From the IMG/VR virus record IMGVR_UViG_2061766007_001353: a stretch of DNA of 37,916 nucleotides; one strand, 5' to 3'. Shown here one piece after another: positions 1-7,400 of this stretch (positions are counted from its first letter, which is position 1; every line of letters begins with the position of its first letter). The DNA is from an uncultured virus (IMG/VR IMGVR_UViG_2061766007_001353) (Duplodnaviria > Heunggongvirae > Uroviricota > Caudoviricetes). Under the pieces are notes generated by a model. The model had not been told where the DNA came from. It was given only the letters and a program-made list of their open reading frames with translations, and did no database searches. Made by a program: the position numbers and the translations under genes.

Positions 1-1
1 A

Positions 2-148
2 TTTACTGGAAATGAGGGTGCAAGTAACACAAACTATACATTTTATGTTACTGCTTACGGTAGAAAAGGTGAAAATATACAGTTTACTTATGCTCAACTA
101 AAAGGTATAGATTCAGTAGTATTTACATATGCTGGGGAGGCTAGTTAA
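2..148 (+). CDS. Fibre-tip cassette paralogue 1 (C-terminal part, runs off window)
   Basis: Frame 2 reads FTGNEG...YGRKGENIQF...VFTYAGEAS*. It has the same RKG[DE]...F.YAG ending as the following paralogues, and its stop overlaps the next ATG (TAATG). Confidence 0.6.
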   Translation, partial: FTGNEGASNTNYTFYVTAYGRKGENIQFTYAQLKGIDSVVFTYAGEAS

Positions 149-374
149 TGAGTACACAAAATAAACAGATAATAGATAAGAACGATAACAACATATACCC
201 AGTTACTTCTACTAGTTGCATTTCAGATTATAATTCTGGCTCTAATGCTAACAAAGATATGAGTAACTTAACTAATACAGGTAAAGCAGTATTAAGCCAT
301 GCAGCATTACCTAGTAGCAACTACCAAAGTTTTACACCTGCAGATAACCAGACATATACAGCACCTGGTGATGG
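148..374 (+). CDS. Fibre-tip cassette paralogue 2 (N-terminal part, cut by gap)
   Basis: MSTQNKQIIDKNDNNIYPVT...LPSSNYQSF...TYTAPGDG; the PS..Y....YTAP.DG motif is typical of phage tail-fibre tip domains. GGAGG RBS upstream. Confidence 0.6.
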
Positions 375-385
375 NNNNNNNNNNT

Positions 386-589
386 CAAGAAGTAGAACAA
401 ATAGTATCTGCTAGTGATGAACTAAGAGCTAACTGGGAATTATGTAAAGATGTATATAGAGGTAATGAGTTCTTATCTCAATATGTACTACAAAGAATAC
501 CTGGAATGACAGAAGAAAGACTAACAGAGATATTTGAAGAAGTAATGGCTTCTAAAAATCCATTTGCTAACATGAACGTAGGAGAATAA
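386..589 (+). CDS. Fragment (C-terminus) of a hypothetical, possibly tail-associated protein
   Basis: QEVEQIV...ANWELCKDVYRGN...MNVGE* lies between two N-gaps and is unrelated to the flanking cassettes. Confidence 0.4.
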   Translation, partial: QEVEQIVSASDELRANWELCKDVYRGNEFLSQYVLQRIPGMTEERLTEIFEEVMASKNPFANMNVGE

Positions 590-625
590 TTAGTATGAAG
601 ACACAGTTTACTGGNNNNNNNNNNG

Positions 626-1009
626 TTCCCCTCTAATAGCTATATAAACATTACTAGAACTAAAAAAGACAACGTTAAGTATACTGCTCCAGAGGATGGT
701 TGGTTTTACGTTAGTGACTCTGTAGGTGGTGACGCATATGGTACAACTTTAGTAAATATTACTCTAGGTACTTTTGCTGCTACGTCTNNNNNNNNNNATG
801 ACTCTGTAGGTGGTGACGCAGATGGTACAACTTTAGTAAATATTACTCTAGGTACTTTTGCTGCTACGTCTCAACTAACAGCGTCTAGATATAATATAGG
901 TAATCAAGGGTGCTTTATCCCTTGTCGTAAGGGGGACGAAGTTATTATTGGTTTCTACTTGTATGCAAGCACGATGATTACTAGATTCTACTATGCAGGA
1001 GGTCATTAA
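626..1009 (+). CDS. Fibre-tip cassette paralogue 3 (partial; internal haplotype duplication across a gap)
   Basis: FPSNSYINI...KYTAPEDGWFYV...FIPCRKGDEV...RFYYAGGH*; 714-787 is repeated at 798-871. TAATG overlap with the next gene. Confidence 0.6.
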   Translation, partial: FPSNSYINITRTKKDNVKYTAPEDGWFYVSDSVGGDAYGTTLVNITLGTFAATSXXXXDSVGGDADGTTLVNITLGTFAATSQLTASRYNIGNQGCFIPCRKGDEVIIGFYLYASTMITRFYYAGGH

Positions 1010-1313
1010 TGTCAAACTTAACTAAAATGTTTTATGATGAAAAAGGTAATAGAATTTACCCAAAAACTACTATGAATAATGTAGTAGGTGATGCACCGTT
1101 AGATACAAATTGTGCAAGTATTACTGCTAACGGTAAGAAGAAAGCAGTAAGACAAATGACACCTCGTAGTGGTACACTAAGTTATTCAGCACCTGCTAGT
1201 GGTAGTAGTATAACATTACCTGCTAATGGTTATTTAACTGTAAGTTACAGGTCTAATGGTAACTCATGGACTGCTGGTGGTTTAGCTCTATACAACCAAA
1301 CTTCAGGTATAGA
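1009..1313 (+). CDS. Fibre-tip cassette paralogue 4 (N-terminal part, cut by gap)
   Basis: MSNLTKMFYDEKGNRIYPKTT...SGSSITLPANGYL; AGGAGGT RBS lies inside the previous gene end. Confidence 0.6.
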
Positions 1314-1834
1314 NNNNNNNNNNNNNNNNNNNNNNNNNNNNNNNNNNNNNNNNNNNNNNNNNNNNNNNNNNNNNNNNNNNNNNNNNNNNNNNNNNNNNNN
1401 NNNNNNNNNNNNNNNNNNNNNNNNNNNNNNNNNNNNNNNNNNNNNNNNNNNNNNNNNNNNNNNNNNNNNNNNNNNNNNNNNNNNNNNNNNNNNNNNNNNN
1501 NNNNNNNNNNNNNNNNNNNNNNNNNNNNNNNNNNNNNNNNNNNNNNNNNNNNNNNNNNNNNNNNNNNNNNNNNNNNNNNNNNNNNNNNNNNNNNNNNNNN
1601 NNNNNNNNNNNNNNNNNNNNNNNNNNNNNNNNNNNNNNNNNNNNNNNNNNNNNNNNNNNNNNNNNNNNNNNNNNNNNNNNNNNNNNNNNNNNNNNNNNNN
1701 NNNNNNNNNNNNNNNNNNNNNNNNNNNNNNNNNNNNNNNNNNNNNNNNNNNNNNNNNNNNNNNNNNNNNNNNNNNNNNNNNNNNNNNNNNNNNNNNNNNN
1801 NNNNNNNNNNNNNNNNNNNNNNNNNNNNNNNNNT

Positions 1835-2128
1835 TATTTTTCGTATACTGCTGGTAGAGTAGCACAGGGTGGAATCGTGAATGGTTATCTTGCTATATTG
1901 ACAAACACAACAACTGGTGTAACAGGTACTTCTCGTATTAGCTACGGAAGTCCTGATTATGGTGGTGAGTTGTTTGGTGCATGGGTGCCAGTTAGATCAG
2001 GGGATCACGTATTATTACGTACAGTTGGTACAACTAGTATTAATAAATTAACAGGTTCTTACAAAAATACAACATATTGCCCTACTGGGGGACCTTATTT
2101 AAGATTCTATCCAGCAATAGGTGCATAA
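1835..2128 (+). CDS. Fibre-tip cassette paralogue, C-terminal part (last of array)
   Basis: Open from the gap: YFSYTAG...WVPVRSGDHV...LRFYPAIGA*. Matches the P.R.GD.V...RFY.A ending of the other cassettes. Confidence 0.55.
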   Translation, partial: YFSYTAGRVAQGGIVNGYLAILTNTTTGVTGTSRISYGSPDYGGELFGAWVPVRSGDHVLLRTVGTTSINKLTGSYKNTTYCPTGGPYLRFYPAIGA

Positions 2129-2151
2129 TAGTTATAGAGGAAGTAGAGAAA

Positions 2152-2439
2152 ATGGGATTTGAGGACATTTACGAAGAAGTTTCAAATAGTGACAAGAGTG
2201 TATTTAATAGCTTTGATACATTTATCGCAACACAGTTCTTTTATAATATAGTAAAAGAATGGGCTGAAGATAAAGAAGATATACAACTTAACTTTGAAGA
2301 GTTTTCTAAAGTCCTCACACCATTTCTTGACACCTTAGAGCAAAGTTTAGATTTTGATTCTCTATATGAGAAAGTCATGACTTATATAGCAGAAAATATT
2401 GTTTATGTTATTGGTAAGTACGGACATTTGAAAGTTTAG
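2152..2439 (+). CDS. Hypothetical acidic protein
   Basis: ATG at 2152 follows a GAGGA RBS; more likely than the 2077 start in the ORF track. Confidence 0.6.
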   Translation: MGFEDIYEEVSNSDKSVFNSFDTFIATQFFYNIVKEWAEDKEDIQLNFEEFSKVLTPFLDTLEQSLDFDSLYEKVMTYIAENIVYVIGKYGHLKV

Positions 2440-2456
2440 CTATTTCATGATACAAT
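2428..2456 (+). promoter_or_regulatory. Sigma70-type promoter
   Basis: TTGAAA-17 nt-TACAAT with extended TG, just upstream of the AGGAGG RBS of 2476. Confidence 0.65.
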
Positions 2457-2475
2457 AACAATCAAGGAGGAAAGT

Positions 2476-3375
2476 ATGACTTACGTTTGTAATTTACCAT
2501 ATACTAAATCTGAAAATTGTGTCTTAGTGTATGCAAAAGAATGTAGCTCTTTAGAAAATAATTCTAATTTAATTTTAAGCAACGTGAGAGGTTATACAAG
2601 AGAAGTTTTAGACGTAGGGTACACAGAAGTATTTCTTACACATAAACTTGCGAAGAATGACGTCGTAGTAGTCTCAAAAACTATGGAAAATATTTCTCGT
2701 TTACGTAATTTTACGATAGATGGTGAATATAATAATAAGCAATTAGTCAATATCCACTGTATGCAAATACTTGGTAGAGTTAATAGTGACTTTCCATTTA
2801 ACATTGAGCTATTCTACAACAAAGTATTATTAGAGGAAGTTATAATTCCTGGTTTAATAATAGATAAAAAAGTTTATAGAGTGTTAAGTATAGGTTCACA
2901 TAACTTCAATGATAGTTGGGAACAAATACCGTTAGAGGTTAAAGTTAATGACTTAGTTGTAACCACAGAAAATTCACTAACACCAATTTCGGAAAATATT
3001 ACAGGTGTATCTAACTTGTTTATCACAGAAGAAAATAATATTGTAGGTTGTTTCGATAGTGAAGTTATTATAGATACAGTAAAAAATTTATCTGTATGTT
3101 TCAAACCTTTTGCTAGTCGTTTATTACTAATACCACATGAAGATACTATGTGTGGTTCTCTACACTTAGTGAAGTATGACGAAGAAATAGATGATATTTC
3201 AGAAATGTACAATAGAGATAAGTTTGAAGTATTGTGTGTTGGTAAAGACGTCAATAATATAAAAAAGAAAGATATTATTAATGTTAATAGGGATACCTTA
3301 ACGCAATTCAGTTTTGGGAATAAGGATTATTTTGTAGCTAATGGTGAAGACTATATAAGAGGTATCTATAAATAG
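2476..3375 (+). CDS. Co-chaperonin-like protein with three tandem GroES/Cpn10 domains
   Basis: Three repeats of the GroES pattern: EVLDVG..KNDVV..IDGE..QILG; RVLSIG..IPLEVKVNDLV..NIVG; FKPFASRLLL..EVLCVG..IKKKDII..GNKDYFV..YIRG. Confidence 0.6.
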   Translation: MTYVCNLPYTKSENCVLVYAKECSSLENNSNLILSNVRGYTREVLDVGYTEVFLTHKLAKNDVVVVSKTMENISRLRNFTIDGEYNNKQLVNIHCMQILGRVNSDFPFNIELFYNKVLLEEVIIPGLIIDKKVYRVLSIGSHNFNDSWEQIPLEVKVNDLVVTTENSLTPISENITGVSNLFITEENNIVGCFDSEVIIDTVKNLSVCFKPFASRLLLIPHEDTMCGSLHLVKYDEEIDDISEMYNRDKFEVLCVGKDVNNIKKKDIINVNRDTLTQFSFGNKDYFVANGEDYIRGIYK

Positions 3376-3648
3376 ATGGCAAGATACACAAAAGCAGAAA
3401 ACCAAACAGTACATTTTCAGAAACGTTCTTTAGCACGTGTTGGTGTATTGCTTGATAGGAAAGATATTCAGAGAAGAATAAAAGAACAAAAATATAGTGA
3501 GAATTTTTACTTTTTAGATAAGCAAAGTAACAGAGTGTCTCGTTATAGATATAAGTATGGGGACAAGTGGTACATTATACCATATGATAAGAACAGGCAC
3601 AAAGTAATTACTATATTTGAGGATACGGAGAATAATAATGAGAAATAG
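3376..3648 (+). CDS. Hypothetical basic phage protein
   Basis: Clean 90-aa ORF abutting the upstream gene; HF.KR...YDK.R..VIT pattern. Confidence 0.6.
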   Translation: MARYTKAENQTVHFQKRSLARVGVLLDRKDIQRRIKEQKYSENFYFLDKQSNRVSRYRYKYGDKWYIIPYDKNRHKVITIFEDTENNNEK

Positions 3649-4036
3649 AAGTGAAGTAGAATTTGTAGTTAAAGTTTGTAGGAAATACATGCTTAATAAG
3701 ATCGACGAAACTAAGATCAGAGTATACACAGACTTACTATTAGACATGCCAACGGAAGAAGAACTTATTGAATTACGTGATAACTGTCTTGACCCTATGA
3801 AAACAGAAGCTTATAATTGGTTATTAGGGGAAACGAATAAAGAAAGTTTAGCTACAGCTCTAAAACAAATGATAGACGACCTAACACAAAAAGCTGCAAC
3901 ATTACAAATGTGCACTTTTGAAGTTATGAAAGAGCTAGAAGACTACAAGAGCATGTTAAATCATGTAGAAAAAATACAGGAAGACGTTAAAGAGTCTGAC
4001 GTTATTAAGAATGTAAGAGAGTTATTACAGTTCTAA
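3638..4036 (+). CDS. Hypothetical protein (coiled-coil C-terminus)
   Basis: GGAG RBS before ATG at 3638; overlaps the previous stop. Confidence 0.6.
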   Translation: MRNRSEVEFVVKVCRKYMLNKIDETKIRVYTDLLLDMPTEEELIELRDNCLDPMKTEAYNWLLGETNKESLATALKQMIDDLTQKAATLQMCTFEVMKELEDYKSMLNHVEKIQEDVKESDVIKNVRELLQF

Positions 4037-4053
4037 TTAGTGAGAGGTATTGT

Positions 4054-4260
4054 ATGACAAAAGAAAATGACTTACGTGCAGAAATAAGCATGCTCAGAGA
4101 GCAACTTATTGAAGCTAAGTATTATAATTCTAGAAATTATATTATCAGAGTTTTAGAAGATTTATTAGTAGATATAGAATCTTGTGACTTCTCTGGAAAA
4201 GTAGAATTAGAGGATATTAGAGACATTTTCAAAGATTACATAAGCGAATATAAAGATTAA
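4054..4260 (+). CDS. Hypothetical protein
   Basis: GAGGT RBS; 68 aa. Confidence 0.6.
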   Translation: MTKENDLRAEISMLREQLIEAKYYNSRNYIIRVLEDLLVDIESCDFSGKVELEDIRDIFKDYISEYKD

Positions 4261-4266
4261 CTTTTC

Positions 4267-4295
4267 TTGACATACTTTAGTGTATATGGTACAAT
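4267..4295 (+). promoter_or_regulatory. Sigma70-type promoter
   Basis: TTGACA-17 nt-TACAAT with extended TG. Confidence 0.75.
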
Positions 4296-4321
4296 AGTAA
4301 AAGAAATTTGAGGTTAAGAAC

Positions 4322-4618
4322 ATGATACTAGAGATTCTAGGTATAGGCGAGGATCCTATACTAACAGTTAATAGTAAGTGTAGTATAATAGAGAAGTTAT
4401 TAAGAGAACACAAAATCAAGTATTTAAAAGGTTATTCTTATGGTTTAAACAGACGTGTTGTTTATAGCACACGTAATACTATGTTAGAAGAAGAACATGT
4501 TTTATATGACTGTACGTGTCCGTCTGACTTATTCTATTTTATACTTTACCTCTACAATAAAAAGATAAATGAGCTACTAAATTTTGCTAGTATGCTCCAA
4601 CAGAAAGGATGTTTATAG
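4322..4618 (+). CDS. Hypothetical protein
   Basis: GAGGT RBS downstream of the promoter; 98 aa. Confidence 0.55.
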   Translation: MILEILGIGEDPILTVNSKCSIIEKLLREHKIKYLKGYSYGLNRRVVYSTRNTMLEEEHVLYDCTCPSDLFYFILYLYNKKINELLNFASMLQQKGCL

Positions 4619-4659
4619 CTTGCAATAGCTGATATGGTTACGTAAGACAAGCTTTTATT

Positions 4660-5352
4660 ATGAAACGATTTATTGCAAAAACTATACTTATAGTATTTAC
4701 TTTATTTTTAGGGGCTACATTATTATCTATGATACTTTACACATTTCAAGGGAGTAATAAAAGTGAAAGTCTTAAAGATAATAAAGAGATTAAAAAAGTT
4801 CCAACATACGTTATAGTGCATGACGTAAAAATCCCGATAGAAGAATATCAAAAAGTACAACAAACTAAAGTAAAAACAACACCTAGTCATTTTACAAAAG
4901 ACCAAGTACAGCAAAAACAAAAAGTAGAACAAATATCAAAAACAAGTTTAGGTGTAGCTATTATACGTAGTGCAGAAAAAGCTTCACAAAGATACGGTAT
5001 AGACAGAAACCTAATACTAGCTATATCTCTTACAGAAAGTGGCTGGAATCCACAAGCTAAGAACGGTAATAGTTATGGTTTAATGCAACTATCCACAAAT
5101 ACTACAGCAAGTAAAGAGTGTAGTAATCTGTATCACATAGAATGTAATATCTTAGCTTCTACGAAACATTATGCAGGTTTACATGCTAAGTATAAAGGTA
5201 ACACAAGACTTGCTTTAGCTGCATATAATGCTGGTGGTGGCTCAGTAGATCACTCATTAAGAAATACTGGTGACATACCACCGTCTACCTTACATTATGT
5301 AAGAAAAGTAAACCAGTATAAACAAATTTTCAATTTGTTACAAAAAGTATAA
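4660..5352 (+). CDS. Lytic transglycosylase (SLT domain) with N-terminal membrane anchor
   Basis: ISLTESGWNPQA..SYGLMQL and ALAAYNAG..T.HYV.KV SLT motifs; hydrophobic residues about 5-28. Confidence 0.9.
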   Translation: MKRFIAKTILIVFTLFLGATLLSMILYTFQGSNKSESLKDNKEIKKVPTYVIVHDVKIPIEEYQKVQQTKVKTTPSHFTKDQVQQKQKVEQISKTSLGVAIIRSAEKASQRYGIDRNLILAISLTESGWNPQAKNGNSYGLMQLSTNTTASKECSNLYHIECNILASTKHYAGLHAKYKGNTRLALAAYNAGGGSVDHSLRNTGDIPPSTLHYVRKVNQYKQIFNLLQKV

Positions 5353-5357
5353 CTTAT

Positions 5358-5387
5358 TTGACTTAGTAACAACATGCATGGTATAAT
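5358..5387 (+). promoter_or_regulatory. Sigma70-type promoter
   Basis: TTGACT-18 nt-TATAAT with extended TG. Confidence 0.65.
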
Positions 5388-5393
5388 ATTCAT

Positions 5394-5520
5394 GTTAAAT
5401 AATAAGAGAAATAATTAAATATTTCATAAGTAACTCTCTCTTCTTTACGATAGCAATATAATTTTTATCGCTAACCAAACCAAGGTTGATTTGAATATTG
5501 CTATCTTTCTTTTTATATTT
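5394..5520 (+). ncRNA. Candidate structured small RNA or leader
   Basis: No ORF behind the promoter; GATAGCAATAT/ATATTGCTATC inverted repeat (about 5449-5505) followed by a T-rich tract. Confidence 0.25.
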
Positions 5521-5769
5521 TATAGTATATGAAAGTTAAGTTAAAGACTACTGAAGACATTTGCAAGCGTATAAAACCACTGTCTGTATCTGGTAAAGAA
5601 AAACCGAGATTCACTTTTAAACTTCTTTATCAGAAATCCCTTAGTAGGTTTTACAGAGGTCTTGTACTTAACATAAATTTTTGAGAGGTATTATTGTGAC
5701 TGGGAAAAAGAAGTTCAATAAGTATGAAAATTTTGAGCTAAAGACATTTTATGGGGAGGTGATGTAGAA

Positions 5770-6292
5770 ATGGGTAATATTCAAAAAATAATTATCCATT
5801 GGTGAATGGACTGCGGGGAGTAATAACGTTTGTGCAGTAGACAAGAAAAGTTATCACTATATTATTAGTGGTAGTGGTCAAGTAGTTAACGGTGACTATA
5901 AACCAGAGGATAATATTAATTGTAAAGACGGTAAGTATGCAGCACACTGTGGTGGTGGGAATACTGGAGCTATAGGTGTTTCTATGGCAGGTATGTATGG
6001 TTTTAACATGCAAACTAAAGTAAGTAAGTACCCTCTTACTAAAGTACAATTTGATAAATGTATTCAGCTATGTGCAGAACTTTGCTTGAAGTATAAAATA
6101 CAAGTAAATAACTGTATGACACATTATGAGTTTGGTAAGTTACACCCAGAAACTAGTAGCAAAGGTAAGATAGATATTGTTTACCTACCATTTAACCCTA
6201 CTATGAAACAGAATGAGATCGGGGCTTTTATTAGAGCACAAATAAGAAACTGTATTGCTAACATGGGTTCTAAAACCAGAATATTAAAATAA
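5770..6292 (+). CDS. N-acetylmuramoyl-L-alanine amidase (Amidase_2-type endolysin), interrupted by a 7-nt insert at 5803-5809
   Basis: GGAGGT RBS, then MGNIQKIIIHW-TGA. The +1 frame continues WTAG..YHY..AAHCGGGNTGAIGVSM..THYE..GKIDI, which contains the Zn-amidase H/H/D-type motifs. Confidence 0.85.
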
Positions 6293-6430
6293 GAGGAAGA
6301 ACATAAAGAAAAATGGACGTAGAAGTAATCGTTGCTTGTAAAAAGATAATAATGTTTGATTTTGTGTATGAAGCACTCAAAGCATTAAACCCTGATAGGG
6401 TTAAGTAAGCAGGTTCCTTTTCCGTCCTCC

Positions 6431-6486
6431 TTTTGTGGTATTACCACAAAAACACCTAAGCGTTAATACTTAGGTGTTTTCTTTTT
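6431..6486. terminator. Bidirectional intrinsic terminator between convergent units
   Basis: AAAACACCTAAG-8 nt-CTTAGGTGTTTT hairpin, preceded by the palindrome TTTTGTGGTA-T-TACCACAAAA. Confidence 0.85.
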
Positions 6487-6514
6487 GCTATTTATATATG
6501 TAAAGAAGATAAAA

Positions 6515-7366
6515 TTATGCTAAGTTCATTTGAGAATTAGCCCAAACATATGTTTTATTATTATCTAATCTAGTATATAGTGTGTCGGCTGCTGGATCAG
6601 AAGGTGTAAATACTGTTCCGTCCCAAGTTTGTAATTTACCAGTATCTGTAACAAATACTATATCATTAGCTGATAAATCTTCAGCAATAGTGTTAAGTTG
6701 TGCGTTAGTTGTGAATGTAACTAAAGATACTTGTGCAAGTTCTTGTGCTGTCATATTACCGAAAGCTGCGTCCATAGCAGTTTTAGTCATTGAATCTGCA
6801 ATACCATAGTGTGATAATGTAGTTCCTAATGTAGCAACTGTGCTATCAATAGCTACTTCGTTAGCATTTGAAACTGTAATACCAGTACCACCAGTGTAAA
6901 TATCCATTAATTCAGATACACTGAAATAAATATGGTCTTGTGAAGCATTAGCAATAGTCAAGTCCATATATTTATCGCCAACTAACAAACCTTGAATTGG
7001 AGTATCTGCTACTGTACAAGTACCAACTGTAGCTGCTGAAACTACCATATCTTTTGGAATATCTACTTTAGTACCTGAAGGAGTACCGTCAATAGATAAT
7101 TGATAAGCTGTTACATATACATTGCTAGAAGGTGTAACTTCTGCTACTGAGTATTCAGCGTCTGCTGCAATAGTAACGTCTACTGCTTTACTTGTAGGAG
7201 TTAGAGCTACACCATTAACTTTAACTGTTTCAATAACGTTAACTTGTGCGTCAGCTTCTACACCACCTAAGTATTCATTATTATTGTTTTTAACTAAAGA
7301 CGCTTTTGTTCTAGGTTTAATATAATCACCTGATTTTGTTTTTAATTGTACATTTTTACTTGTCAT
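6515..7366 (-). CDS. Virion fibre/decoration-like protein, paralogue A
   Basis: T/V/S/D-rich; AQVNVIETVKVNG..KAVD, IDIPKDMV-like and LSHYGIADSMTK fibre repeat-type motifs. Confidence 0.6.
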   Translation of the reverse strand: MTSKNVQLKTKSGDYIKPRTKASLVKNNNNEYLGGVEADAQVNVIETVKVNGVALTPTSKAVDVTIAADAEYSVAEVTPSSNVYVTAYQLSIDGTPSGTKVDIPKDMVVSAATVGTCTVADTPIQGLLVGDKYMDLTIANASQDHIYFSVSELMDIYTGGTGITVSNANEVAIDSTVATLGTTLSHYGIADSMTKTAMDAAFGNMTAQELAQVSLVTFTTNAQLNTIAEDLSANDIVFVTDTGKLQTWDGTVFTPSDPAADTLYTRLDNNKTYVWANSQMNLA

Positions 7367-7400
7367 ATTTTATCCTTTCCTGTTCTTTACATCCCTATTA

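Noticed and set aside
299..589. 96-aa ORF from the track, and other ORFs spanning Ns (1245-1865, 1266-1862, 35279-36814, 35672-36553)
   Set aside because: Chimeric translations through gaps; only the sequenced in-frame parts were kept.
4609..4659. In-frame upstream ATG and TGA before the SLT gene as a second recoding site
   Set aside because: The extension has no conserved-looking sequence, the SD spacing is implausible, and ATG 4660 already gives a normal signal anchor.
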